The notes: generated from the sequence alone by a model not told the origin. 61,907 nucleotides of DNA, filler included, from Porpidia crustulata (GCA_964255105.1; 21 parts of 21 records of this genome joined end to end with filler, not necessarily neighbours in it), one strand, 5' to 3'. Positions 12,158 to 25,063 are shown, numbered from the whole stretch's first letter. A program made the numbers and translations.

Positions 12158-12361
12158 TAGCGCATGCTTCCATTTTTTATTTCAACAACGTGGGGGCCCA
12201 AAAATCCATACCGCAAAACTCGATCTCCATCAATACAAATCAGATTTCATGATTGTCTGAAGAAATATTTTCGATGATTCTAGGTAGTCTGGAAGTCGTT
12301 CAGGTTGATTTTTAACGTTGGTCATCACTTGACTTTGTAGCATTCAGGTGATGTGTTTGTT

Positions 12362-13598
12362 CTACAGGTACAGTACACTAGTAAATCTGATGAGAGTCGA
12401 CTTTTGTGGTATGAATTCTCCTGCTCTTGGCGTGCCTTTCCAGGTTGACCATCGCATCTCGCATCGCACAGCCTCCAGATCTTGTACAACTTCAGGTCTG
12501 TGTAATTCTACGCGTAAATGCCATGATCTCCTTTCATTGCATCGATATCGTAGGACCATACCTGAGAGCCGTGGTACCGGAAAAATAATATTACCCTCGC
12601 GCTCAATCGATTCTGCGCATGCAATGCATCTATCCATACATCTATGTGGAAACGCATCTCAGATGTGCCCGTCACCCCGGCCTATGCATATCCTTGGACC
12701 CAGCCGTTCATCTTCATCCATTCCTCGGGCTCCCCAAAGATCCACAAGTTTCACAAAGGGTGAAATGAGCACTTTGAGCGGTCGCTGTCCAGTAGCTGCC
12801 ATGTCCTACTACTTGTCAACGTACAGCTTGAATCACTGACTGAGCTTCAGTCTAAGAAGTCTGCTGAATACCGCATGTTGTCTAGATTTGCGTGACACAT
12901 TGGACATCTTACGAACGCGCTTGTACACCGTGTGATCAAAAGATATTAACATGTTCATCATGCGCAACTCCTATCAACCTTTGGCAGTACCGATGCCCAA
13001 TTTTGGTCGACTAGTACTCCCTAATAATACAGTGCATATGCATCAATGCTCTTTCGCGTGCGTCTGTTCTCCCTTCGCACGGTCCTCCGGCTTCCGTCCG
13101 TCTGCATCTTCCGGATATTCTCATTCGTATTTATTCCTGGGATCCCTTTTCCACCCTTGGCTCCTGATCGTGTGCTGCAGTTGATCTAGTAGGTACAATT
13201 GGTGCAGTCTTAGGCTTGTATAATAGGCTCGCCCAGCTACGCGTACCGTCGGGTTTCAAGCTGGCCTTCCCTACGCCGGCTGTCGAAATAGAAGCTCTGT
13301 TGGGCACAACGATGCTACCCCACGAAGTTTCCTTCGACAAATTGTCTTCGTCAATTTGACCCTAGATTTCTTCGACATTGTCGGCTTTTGGGATTGCTTT
13401 GTCCCAAGACTCGGATTTGTCTGCCTTAGCACCACCTTTCCCAAACCATGCGGAGTCCATAGTATAGTCCACTATTCCTAAATGGCTCCATGTTTCTTCT
13501 GCGCTGTCAACTTTGCTCAATTGAGCGTCATAGGATCCACCGTCGTCATGTGATACGGCGTGTGCAGTGTCTTTCTCCGCAAGATGATCTTCCCGCAA
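12362..13598 (-). pseudogene. Degenerate coding-like region of unknown family
   Basis: ORFs 13362-13598 and 13131-13340 share a frame across a single TAG; the 12970-12362 frame reads through several TGA/TAG stops. Confidence 0.3.
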
Positions 13599-14240
13599 CG
13601 AATAACGTTAGCCGACATCCTTTGATTAAACTCCGATAAAAGTGTCTGAACTCAGTACCTTGATCTTTGTTTGTATACCTTGACTGTGACCTAGTGACTT
13701 TCAGCTGCTCATCCATGTCCCCTATGTTGTTTGCCCCTTGGCTTTTGCCCATCTGCTGCGGCTGACGTTGAGACATGGTAACGAGTCGTATCGTGTCAGG
13801 CTACGGAATTTAGATGGATCACGATAAGTTGATTTACCAACGTTAAATGAGATAGACAAGAGATGTGCTGGCAAGAAGACAAACAAGAAGCAAAGACAGC
13901 ATGGTGTTAGGCTTCTAGCGCCAATCAAGAGTGAAGGTTTAGAGAACCTCAACAGCCAGCAACGCTTGTTTATGCTTTCTGACGATAGGAGCATGAGTTT
14001 GCTGTACAGCCCTTACACATTAAAACTGTTGGGCAGTAAAGGGCTATTCGCTGTTTTTCTCATACCGTTTGTTTGACCATGAGAGCGTGTTTTCCTACCA
14101 CGATGGTATACTCTGTCATATATCAACGCATTCCCATTTTTCTTTTACACTCACCGCAGATTCCTTCGTTTTCCTCAGTTTCTTCAATTCCTTCAGTTCC
14201 ACGTTAACCCAGGCTTTGGCACTGCATCTGAGTCAAGATC

Positions 14241-14633
14241 ATGCCCTCCAAGAACGACCAAAGTAAGAAGAGAAGGGCCAGAGCGAAAAAAGCGAAACAA
14301 AGGGAAAAGCGAAAGCAGGTGCCTAGGGAAGAACAAGCAACTGCGGGAGCTAACCCTACCCAAACTTTCATCGCAGAATCTGAGGTAAGCCCCACAAATC
14401 TGAACCCGCCTGCGGATATTAATGATCACCAGCACCCATTTTCTGCCCTCCCAGCAAAAGATCAGAGAAACGAAGTCGATAAAACGGCAAAGCCTGACGG
14501 TACGCCAGATGATTCTTTGGACGATGATTGTTCACTTGTCGAAGCGTTGGATGACTCTGATCACGAAGAGAAGGGAGACTCTTCCGACGACGATGGTGAA
14601 CGAGTCCTCATGCGTCGAGATATTCCCAACTAG
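14241..14633 (+). CDS. Hypothetical protein with a basic N-terminus and an acidic tract (possibly a decayed gene)
   Basis: 130-aa ORF with NLS-like KKRRARAKKAKQREKRK and a DDSD-rich tract. Confidence 0.3.
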   Translation: MPSKNDQSKKRRARAKKAKQREKRKQVPREEQATAGANPTQTFIAESEVSPTNLNPPADINDHQHPFSALPAKDQRNEVDKTAKPDGTPDDSLDDDCSLVEALDDSDHEEKGDSSDDDGERVLMRRDIPN

Positions 14634-15310
14634 CGATCCATCCGGAGAGATCAGAATGTTTGAGAAGGTTTGCGAGCTTGTATGGACCTTTGCACAAGGA
14701 CTTGGCTAAAAAGGTGAATTTCCTGTTTTCATTTGGAGTTTACGATAAACCAATGAATAAACCGTCTCAAAATTCTATGACGCTCAATCGAGACACCAAA
14801 AAAGGACTAAATGGCGTATTACTGCTGCTCTTGCTGACACTTCTCTTCTTAGTGGTTGTTGCACTGTTAAGATCTTCGCCAAGAAGTTTCCTTCAACATG
14901 CCGCATTCCACCTCTTCGTCGATGGGACTAACTTCCTTACCATTCACCGGCGTCCTCCCTCGCTCATAACACAACATGGCTTTCTATACCACCACCACAA
15001 TCTCCACAATNNNNNNNNNNNNNNNNNNNNNNNNNNNNNNNNNNNNNNNNNNNNTTAATTAATTAANNNNNNNNNNNNNNNNNNNNNNNNNNNNNNNNNN
15101 NNNNNNNNNNCTCAGCGCTAAGAAATCGAACACCGCCAATAGCCTAATCCAAATTAAGCTGACTTGTTGACATTGAAATAGATACAAATGGGGTACTTCC
15201 TGTTCACGAATCACGCATTACTATTATGTGAAAGTATTGATGATCGTGACCAGTCTTTTTAAACCATGCAAGCTGGACACCCATCACAATTTTAGTCGGT
15301 CTGACATGGA

Positions 15311-15610
15311 ATGTTCAAAGCTGAAGATTCCCGCAAGGTAAGGCGTGAGGCAATCCGAAAGCGGAAAAGCACCGTGCTCGAAAAGATACATTATTTATCA
15401 TCCTTGGACGAATTAGATGTTTTGTTTATCGTAAATATTGGTCAGAATTACACTGTATACAAATCGGCAGATCGAGTCGACCGGCTGCTGGCTAATTTGG
15501 GCCCAGTAGGCAAGTCAAGCGAATACTATGTCAATCAATCACTAATTCCATCGCTGAGTAATGTCGCTGTAAGGGGTATTTGTTCTTGTGTTGGGGATGT
15601 CGCTTGTTAA
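15311..15610 (+). CDS. Divergent MADS-box/SRF-like small protein (3' structure uncertain)
   Basis: RKVRREAIRKRKSTVLEKIHYLSSLDELDVLFIVNIGQNYTVYKS resembles the MADS pattern R..F.KRK..L.KK..EL..L.D.DV..I......Y.Y.S. Confidence 0.5.
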   Translation: MFKAEDSRKVRREAIRKRKSTVLEKIHYLSSLDELDVLFIVNIGQNYTVYKSADRVDRLLANLGPVGKSSEYYVNQSLIPSLSNVAVRGICSCVGDVAC

Positions 15611-15879
15611 GTGGCAGGCCAGAACTTTCAATACAGGAAGGACGTTGGTAGGACTAGCACTAAAGTGGGAAGTCTCCCAGTCCTGCAGATACTGGCTTGC
15701 AGGACTTGGATTCCGGTAATACATTTTCTTGATCTTCTAGGAATTCCACAGCGCGCTTTTCTTTGTGGAAATTTCTATGAGCACGACATTCTCGAAGCGT
15801 GCGGAGTCATAATAGATCTTTGATGACCTCCAATGTCCGAATATGCCCGTCCTTAGAGGCAAAGGTTGGTGTGGCGCAA

Positions 15880-16850
15880 AAGAAAGCGAAGCGCTAGGTA
15901 TAGGTTGACGCCAGTCACGAGTTGGATCCTCCGCCCAAATCCGATATGATGAAGAAGGCAACTCCCTGATAGGCCCATTCCCGCACTTTGTTATGCTTTG
16001 AAGCCGAACCGTGTCCAGAGGTCTTCTCTTCCGCCAGTACGAAGTCTTCCCCTCGCTCAATCCGGGGTGTCACGATAGGCTCCAGGATCTGGTTAACATA
16101 CACATCGATTCAAACCTTCCCGTTAGTATTCGAGGGCACGGTGTAGAAGTGGATATCCGACTTGGAGTCTTGCCCACTGCAGCCAAGTATGTACCATTTT
16201 CTCGTTTTTTTTTGAGTGGTTTATATCGATATTGAGCACAGTCTTGGCCGTATCGAACTCCAGACTTTCGAGCTAGCCTTGTGGACCGAACGGAAAATGT
16301 ATTTCATCGCTGAAAGGGACATGTGTCAACTGCTCCTTGAGGGGTGGAGCATGATATCGACGTACTCAACCTTCCTATTCGTAATTCTTTGACCTAGTCA
16401 GCCCTCAGGTCAAGTCAAGCACTTAGGATAATTCAGGACTCATCTCATGGTCCTTTATATCGTAGGCCCTGAAAAAGTAGCCCCAATTTCTGTAGCAACT
16501 TAGTCCCGAGTTTGGGCTTTCCTCTCAACTTATAGAGCTACCTCTTCCAGTATCGAATCAGCCTCCCAGACCTCCTTGGGAACGCTTTGAAGGGGCAGCC
16601 GCACGTCTCGTCATAGACTCGATTGTGAAAGGTTCTAGCTGGTTTGTTTTTGATGATTCTGTAGCCCAAGGCTTGCTGAACGTGGAAGTGTTTAAAGGCT
16701 TTTTGCTTAAGTAGGGTATTAAAATGGATTTCCAAGTCTTCTTGCTCGCAAACTTTGGACTGCTTCTGGAACCTTAGCCCTAGAAGGAGTATTGTAGTGT
16801 GTTTAACGCTTGCGTATAGGTGTCTGATTAGGTATCGGGCGCGGTGGAGG
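15880..16850 (-). mobile_element. Degenerate Tc1/mariner (DDE) transposase relic
   Basis: Fragments across frames: VPFSDEIHFPFGPQG, LAAVGK, YVNQILEPIVTPRIERGEDFVLAEEKTSGHG...VREW, SDL...DWRQP; many stops and frameshifts. Confidence 0.75.
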
Positions 16851-17118
16851 TGTAGTAGCCATAACAGCTGTTTTTGGAAGGTACGAGATGTGCCTCGGTT
16901 AATTTTGGTAGGTCCTTCTTGTCGTGTCGGGCAGCTTCCAGGGATTACAAAGAGAAGCTTAAACTGGCCGATCTCTTCCTAGATGTCCTGTTGCTGCTTC
17001 AATTATAGCCTCCCTATTGCCGAGTCATTCACGCATAACATCTTTGTTGACTGCTCATGTAGCGATATCAATAGACAGCATAGGTAACTATCACGTGTGC
17101 TGACAGAACCTTATCACT

Positions 17119-18009
17119 ATGTCTTCAACAGCGCCAATCCCCGTTTCAAATATCTTGAGGTTTAGTAATAGCGATGCCGCAAAACAAGACTTGTGGGAGC
17201 AAGCTTGGAATACTCTAAAAATCGAAGATCAAAAGCAATACGGCGATTCTACATCTGGTATACTTGACATCTTGAAGAAAGTATGTAATGGCTTTTGGAT
17301 AATGCAAGGGTACATTGATTCCGCGGCGCACAATATTCAAGTCAAGCCTTGCTGACGTACGGTCTCTCAATAAGGTTCAAGCAGCTACCGAGAGCAAGAA
17401 GAAATTGTGTGTAGCAAAGGGTTGGAGAATGTATCGCAACAAGTATGGTGAAGAGGTTAAACTCCGACATGTTCTTGAGAAAATATCCGTATGGGTCAAA
17501 GGGATTATCAAGGTCATTGATGTGGGGGTTTCATTGGATCAGAGCGGCCACGCAGCTTTGCCTTGGGCAGTCGTGAAATATCTTACCACTGTAGGGAAGC
17601 ACGCTACAAACGTCGAAACCTACTTACATAGAGAGCGTAGGTCGGGTTCTCAGACATCGATCTGTTCAGTAAAGTTGCAGAAGGCGTCGAGTCTATTTCT
17701 GGCCTTATTGCACGGTACACAATTTTCGAAAAGCTTTATCTACATGAAGACTGCGAGGCGACACCATGGCTTCACAATTCCATAAGAAAGCTTTACGCAG
17801 CGATACTGGCTTACCTGGCTAAAGTCAAGTCTTACTTGACCAGTAACAGTTGGAGTATGTATTTGACCACAGTGGTCCAAGAGCGCATAATTTATCAAAC
17901 ATAAAAAAATCCATGCTGACTTTCACTTTCAGACCGATTTGGCCGAAGCTTAGTCGAAGCGATGCGTAAGCAATATGATGAGCTGTGGGCGGAAATCTCC
18001 GAGACCGAA
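17119..18009 (+). CDS. N-terminal domain of a fungal NACHT NLR (NWD NACHT_N / Goodbye-like), spliced, 3' truncated
   Basis: DLWEQAWNTL, KKKLCVAKGW...EEVKLRHVLEKISVWV...DVGVSLDQSGHAALPWAVVKYL, IARYTIFEKLYL, LYAAILAYLAK; three GT-AG introns. Confidence 0.75.
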
Positions 18010-18109
18010 NNNNNNNNNNNNNNNNNNNNNNNNNNNNNNNNNNNNNNNNNNNNTTAATTAATTAANNNNNNNNNNNNNNNNNNNNNNNNNNNNNNNNNNN
18101 NNNNNNNNN

Positions 18110-19405
18110 GCAGTGTACTCGTTCTCAAGCCCATCGACCGGCCCCTCCGTCACAACGTCATCACCAGCACAGCATGCATCCGTAGCCGCCAGTCCCCGCG
18201 GCTGCGTCAACTTTGCCATAAAGTCCGCTTTGAACGCTTCCAAAGGGCCCTTCAAGTCTACTTTCTGCCATACGGTACCGGTGATCCAGTCCCAAACTAG
18301 CAGGAAATCATCACCGCCACCGGAGATCAGGATTCGCTTGTTCCAGTCAGGGATGCAGAGCTTGCTGACGAATTCTGTGTGGCCGAGGCAGTAGTTTTCG
18401 GTGACGAAAGTTTGGGGTATTCCGCGTGAAACGCGGATGTGTTCGTCGCGGTCGGCTGTGAGGATGTAACTGCGTTTAGCAGTAACAGCAGCGTTTTCGG
18501 CTGTGGTCGTGACGCTTGCGACGTCTATGAGGAGAGAGACGTGGCCGAGAAGAAGGTGGTGCTCGAATTGCAGGGATTTCTTTTGGGGTTTTTTGTTTGT
18601 TTGTTTCAGTTGCTGGCGGAGGGCCTGTCTGTTTTTCTTGGTGTGCACGGTCTTTGAGTTCGCGGCGGGGATGAAAGGCTGGGGGACTTTTTCAATGTCG
18701 TCTTTTGCGAGACTTTCTGTGGAATTATTGATGGGGGGTTCGTAGGGGAGGCCGAGGAGGGGGACAGAGTAGACGTCACCGAATTTGTCGGCGCAAATTA
18801 TTGTTGATTCGTCTGATGTTAGAGCAATTGAGCATGGTCTTTTGGGCATTGGTCTATGCTTGGAATCAGCTTGTGTGCGCTATTGTTTGATGTCTATGTG
18901 GATACCTTGCACTATGCTGTATGAGTTCGCCGTTATCTTGTAATTTAAGTACTCGAATACATTTATCTTCGTCTGTAACAGCAACAACATATTGACCATT
19001 CGATGTGGCGGCTAGCTTTATTATAGCAATAGATGGATCCAACGATAATAAATGATTGTCCCCATGGTCAACCGTTTGAACTTCATCTACCACAATCTCG
19101 GTCGAAGAACTTTCAAAGCTTTCTTTTTCCGGTAACATTTTCTGGCGCTTCAGTGGCCGAGATCCGTTCGCCTCTCTGTATTCTTCAAGAGCCGGATTTG
19201 TGGTTGTCTCATGAGACTTGTTACCCTTAATTCTCTGTGGGCTTTTGGTTGAAAGCCCCGGCCAAGGTGGCCATTTCGACAAAATGTTCCCATCCGAGAG
19301 ATCAAATGAATATATGAGATGAACAGATGCACATAGCAGAATATCAAATTTTCGAGTTGCAGATCGGGAACAGTAGAGAAGACGCTGAAATGGGATTAAC
19401 ACCAT
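18110..19405 (-). CDS. TRM82: tRNA (guanine-N7)-methyltransferase non-catalytic WD40 subunit Trm82, 3' truncated
   Basis: VAVTDEDKCIRV, MPKRP...ADKFGDVYSVPL, LLLGHVSLL, ILTADRDEHIRVSRG, YCLGHTEFVSKL. Confidence 0.92.
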
Positions 19406-19687
19406 ACTTGGAAGCACTTATCCAAAAATTACACGACGGCAAAGATGGCTCTGCTGCTCAGAAAATTCAGTGCCCAGCAAATATAAGAAAATCTACAAAT
19501 ATTCCCAATACAGTTAGGGCTAGAGTACTGGCTACTGGTGTAACCGAGCTAAGCGCACGCGAAAACCCACACATACCTTGATAGTCATAGCAGGTGGCTC
19601 ATTTAATTCGACAAACCTCATCGGAAATATTACAACATAGTATACACCTCTGACCCTTAAAAATCCTATCTTCAATCAAAAGAAGAA

Positions 19688-20846
19688 ATGGGGGGCAGAA
19701 CCAGCAACAAGGCCGCTTACTTCGACAAGCTAAAGGCGCTGCTCGAAGAATACAAGTCTATCTTCATCGTTACTGTTGACAATGTCAGCTCGCAACAGAT
19801 GCACAAGATCCGGCGGAGTCTGAGATCAGGAGGCGAGGTCTCAGGCGTTGTGCTTATGGGAAAAAATACAATGGTACGACAGATCCAATTGAGGCTCTTG
19901 TGACTAGCATGACGGCCCCTGAACCGACCCTGTTTGGAAATAGAATACTCATAATTCAATCTATAGGTTCGTCGCGCCATCAAAGGGTTCCTTGCCGATT
20001 TCCCCGAGTATGAACGTTTGCTACCCCACGTCAAAGGTACTTTGATCCTTGCACAGGCCCAAGTGTTCATTTCTAGTCTAACAAACACCTAGGTAACGTC
20101 GGCTTCATCTTCACCAACGGTGACCTCGCCGTGACCCGTGACGTAATTCTTGCCGAAAAGGTAGCAGCTCCTGCTCGTGCCGGCGCCGTTGCCCCTCTCG
20201 ATGTCTTCGTCCCCGCAGGAAACACCGGCATGGAGCCCGGCAAGACCTCTTTCTTCCAGGCTCTTGGCGTGCCTACAAAGATTGCCCGAGGTACCATTGA
20301 AATTACAACAGACTTGAAGCTCGTTGAGGCCGGTACCAAAGTCGGAGCTTCCGAGGCAACGCTGCTGAACATGTTGAACATCAGTCCGTTCACGTACGGT
20401 ATGAGCATCTCACAGGTGTACGACAACGGCCAGACATTCAGCCCGAGCGTCCTGGACATCAAGGAGGAGCAACTCTTCGCCGCTCTCAACTCGGCCATCA
20501 AGACTATCACAACCATCTCCCTTGCCGCAAACTACCCAACACTACCGTCCATCATGCACACCCTCGTCAACGGCTACAAAAAGGTGTTGGCCGTTGCGAT
20601 CGAAACCGACTACAGCTGGGAAGGCATTGAGGAATTAAAGGACCGCATCGCCAATCCCGATGCTTACGCGTCGGCTGGGCCTGCAGCTGCGGTAGGCGGA
20701 GGCGATGCTGAAGAGGAGAAGCCCGCGGTAGAGGACAAGGAAGAATCGGAGGCGGAGGAAAGCGGAGACGAAGGTGATTGCTCCCAAGAACTTGACGGAA
20801 CGTGCCTGCTAACCAACGCGCAGGTTTCGGCGGTCTGTTTGACTAG
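19688..20846 (+). CDS. RPP0: 60S acidic ribosomal protein P0 (uL10)
   Basis: [53 protein letters not shown]-terminal GFGGLFD*; three introns. Confidence 0.97.
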
Positions 20847-21102
20847 ATACACTAGCAAGATACTTTGTCCAAATAAAGCAGATTTCGATCCCAACGACCC
20901 AGAATCCCATGTCCCCATCTTCACACAATTGATACTGATCGCCAGCCCGTAAGGCACTAACCCCACAGTACCACCGTCCTACCTACCTGGTCCACCGCTT
21001 CCNNNNNNNNNNNNNNNNNNNNNNNNNNNNNNNNNNNNNNNNNNNNTTAATTAATTAANNNNNNNNNNNNNNNNNNNNNNNNNNNNNNNNNNNNNNNNNN
21101 NN

Positions 21103-21608
21103 CCCTCCCCACCCTCGCGACCCGGCCAAAACCGATAGACAACCAGAGCAACGCTTTTTGTTTCTTCCAACCTCCACCCGGTAAGGAACCGCTCCTACCT
21201 ACCACGTACTACGATTGCAGGGAGACCATGAAACAAATCGCGCAAGGCGACAAGATGAGCGCTCCTATCTTCTTCAGTCGGAACGAAACCCTAGGGTTTA
21301 AATTACCTCATGCGTGGGCTCACGGTACCTGCATGATCGAACTCGACGTGTCCCCTTCGGACGCGGGGGACATCACGACTATGGTAGAAATCGTCAAAAT
21401 AGCGATTGCCGTTTCGATATTATGCTTGGAAGATTGGCCTCACCTTGGGGGAAGAGATTATGTGGGTGCGGAGAAAGTACTCATGGTTTTTCTGTATGGG
21501 CGTGATCCCCCGCCGGCGAGGCCGACCTACAGCCCTCCTGGAGAACTTCTTGATAATTGGGGTCAAGAGCGGAAGGAGAGGGCGTTGTCCCTTATCGAGG
21601 GAGACTGA
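21103..21608 (+). CDS. Hypothetical Cys-containing protein, probably secreted, 5' truncated
   Basis: Open frame from the contig start, with pattern C..YYDC...FKLPHAWAHGTCMIELD...AVSILC...LGGRDYVG..LMVFLYG seen in small fungal secreted families. Confidence 0.55.
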
Positions 21609-22228
21609 TGATCCAGAGGGAACCTACTTGACATGAGAAAAAAACCGCAGCCCGACAAAGGTGAGCCTGACGGTCCTCGAAGCTACTGAGCTTGATAAGA
21701 TTGATAGAGATACGAATGGGTCAGTCTGGAGTGGAAAGCCTTCACACTGTGATTAAAGGATATTGGATACATGGATGGACTAATTATACATGTCGTACAT
21801 CTCGATGTGAGAATCATTTTTGCAAAGCCAATACTTCAATCCATGTGATAATGCTGTGTATTAGAGAGAAGTTGATAAGGATAGTGTGGTCGAAATTGTG
21901 TCAACCGTCATGTTGATACTCCTATCCTACCTTGGCACCTGTGCCGTCCACCCTCACCAATCGTGATTTCCTTGTTTTTAAGTAGTCTCTTCCTCGCATG
22001 ACCACTCGCACATGTCCAAAGCTGTCCAATATAGACCTTCGTCGACTGGTAGAAGAAAAAATCGCGTGACTTGGCGTCGACGACCGCGTTAGCGACCTTA
22101 ATCCTAATCCCTGCTGTCGATCTAGAAACTCTCCGTAAACAAATATGACAACGGAACTTTGAATGTATGCATTGCAGCGATTGAGGTTCAGGACACTCGT
22201 TCACGACATTGCAAGTCAGCTAAAAGAT

Positions 22229-23980
22229 ATGGCGCTGGATTCTCGCGCCTATCCTGAAATTATTTCTGAGGTTCGGTCGCTCAAATCATCTGCTTCGACG
22301 CCATCCTTGCGCTCGAGAGAGTCTGAACTTGTACCGATGGGTAGAAGTACGCCAGACAATGGCGGAGGGAATGTTAGGGTAGTAGTTCGAGTGAGAGGGT
22401 TCCTACCCAGAGGTATGCCATAAGAGGATCACGATCGCTCTTCGACTGAATCCACTGCAGAAATCGAACGAGGCGCAGAATGCCTGGTAGAGATGGACCC
22501 TCATACTCAGGCCACCAAACTGTTGATACCAAATTTGAGTGATCCAGCAAATACTCGTACACAGAGCCGTAAGGTCATAGAAGAGAAGAAATTCACCTTT
22601 GACAATTCCTTCTGGTCGCATAAGCCCAACGACGCTCATTACGCCCATCAAGAAGATATCTACAATGCCCTTGGCGAAGAATTTCTGGACCATAACTTCG
22701 AAGGCTATCACACTTGTATATTTGCGTATGGGCAGACAGGTTCCGGCAAATCATACACGATGATGGGTACTCCCACCCAGCCCGGTCTTATCCCCAGGAC
22801 CTGCGAAGACCTCTTCCAGCGCATCGAATCCAGCGTGTCCCCTCACATTTCTTATACCGTTCGTGTGTCCTATTTCGAAGTATACAACGAGCACGTGCGC
22901 GATCTACTTTCTCCTCCCCGCCCTCCAACTGTCGATAATCGTCAATACTACCTCAAGATCCGCGAATCTCCCACTGAAGGCCCTTACATCAAAGACCTTA
23001 CCGACCTTCCTGTGAAGAATTACAACGAACTCCTTCGCTATATGCGCCTGGGCGACAACAGCCGCACTACTGCCTCTACGAAAATGAACGACACCTCCTC
23101 CCGTTCCCACGCTGTCTTTACTATTATGCTGAAGCAGATCCACCACGACCTCTCCACCGACAGCACAACTGAGCGCCTTGCCCGCATTCGTCTTGTGGAC
23201 CTTGCTGGTAGCGAGCGCGCCAAAGCCACCGAAGCCACTGGCGCCCGCCTTCGCGAGGGTTCCAATATCAACAAATCCCTCACTACTCTGGGTCGTGTCA
23301 TTGCTGCCCTCGCTGACCCTCGCCATTGGCGGGGCCACAATGGCGGGAAGACAAGAAGTAAGGATGTTGTGCCCTACCGTGATTCTATCCTCACCTGGTT
23401 GCTGAAAGACTCGCTGGGAGGAAATTCCAAAACCGCCATGATCGCATGTATCGCGCCTTCGGACTACGATGAGACCCTGTCAACGTTGCGCTACGCCGAT
23501 CAAGCTAAGAACATCCGCACCCGCGCCATTGTTAACCAGGACAGCGTCTCCGCCGCCGAGCGCGACGCCCAAATCGCGGAGATGCAAAATATCATCCGCG
23601 AACTGCAAGTCCAAGTCTCGCTAGCCAACCAGGCCGCCAGTAATAATACCAATAATGCCAAAGGTCGCGAAGCAGCCATCAACGAAAGAGACCGAGGCGC
23701 AAGGGACGAAAAGCTGGAGGAGTATCAGATGAAAGTCGAGCGCATGCAACGTATGATGGAGGAAGAGAGACTGGTAGGCGAGAGCAAGATCCGGCAATTA
23801 GTCGAGCAGAACGAAGCCCTGCGGCTGCACCTCAAGCTCGCAGTCGAAAGCCTCAAGAACCCCATCGTCCGCCCCCGCCCCCCGAGCCGCCAGGCCCCCG
23901 CGACGACGCACTTGTCCAATACGAGCCCCCCACACCCGCCGAGGCCCGCGCAGGCGCAGCAGGCGCATGAAGAACCCGAA
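22229..23980 (+). CDS. Kinesin-3 family motor (short UncB/NKIN3-like type), 3' truncated
   Basis: NVRVVVRVR, FTFDNSFWSH, CIFAYGQTGSGKSYTMMG, SSRSHAVF, LVDLAGSERAKATEATGARLREGSNINKSL, VPYRDSILTWLLKDSLGGNSKT; one intron near 22413-22460. Confidence 0.93.
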
Positions 23981-25063
23981 NNNNNNNNNNNNNNNNNNNN
24001 NNNNNNNNNNNNNNNNNNNNNNNNTTAATTAATTAANNNNNNNNNNNNNNNNNNNNNNNNNNNNNNNNNNNNNNNNNNNNGGGGGTTGCCCCAGCCTGCT
24101 GCGTCCATGGCCTAAAGCACGGTTGCGGGTTATATCGGTGGGACTGGTAAACATTCCTTCTGGGGTGGGATGGATCATTTGTGGGAGGGGTTCAGGGTTG
24201 GATGCCTTGTGCTCGTTTTCTTCCCGGGGGGTCCCTGACATGTCCCCAGCAACGCTCGAGCCATAGGGCCCGAGGCGAGCATCTATCTGCTGTTGCTGGG
24301 TTGGTCGGAGGTGGGGATTTTAGGGTTTCGGTGTTTCTTAGGGCTTTAATTTAGGTAGGGTTTAGCTGATGCCTTGGAGGTGGATGTTCTGGAGGGTGGA
24401 TGGAGGTGGGAGGGTTTTCTCTGCGACAATTTAACAAAGGCTTCATGTGACGGAGAGTTTTCCAGCGGGGAAGACCTGCGGCGGTCACCATGAGCACAGA
24501 GTACATATTTAGGCTATGCGGTGATCATCACGAGAGAGAGGCATTGGCGGAGTCGGCGTTTCGTGACTCGGAGAAAGCATCAATGAGAACATCATGATGC
24601 AGCGACGTGGTACGGACAAGCTGACTTCGCTCGTGACGTGAGATGGGTTGATTCCCTTCAACTATCGTCACGTTATGGTAATTGAAACACATTCATGGGG
24701 GATGTGAGGGGCCGAGGACGACTTTGCCCCTCCTCGGCCCCAAACGAGGTAGAGCAACGATCATGCGACGTGGAGAACGATTTCTATGTTTGGCAGACTG
24801 CTTCAGCACAGTAAGACCCAGTGGGATACCGACACGGATGCTCGTCAAAGCCTCGGTGACTCCTCGTATGACTCAAAGATCGACTTGAGGATTTATGTGA
24901 AAATCATTCCACCTTAATTATCTACACTCATTGGCCATTTGTTTCTTGTGCGCAGAGTACCCAGACACCCATCATCTGATACTTGCAGAGCCTGTGATTG
25001 ACTGAGGATCCACGTAAGCCGACGACCAAGTGTCAACAAACGACCACGAGTACTACGATTGAA

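Noticed and set aside
6067..18009. Apparent defence island or Starship (F-box, patatin NLR, MADS-like, transposase, NLR)
   Set aside because: The parts lie on four separate size-sorted contigs, so adjacency is artificial, and no captain recombinase is seen.
24081..24300. Minus-strand open frame running into the contig edge
   Set aside because: Short and low in complexity, with no identifiable start or family.
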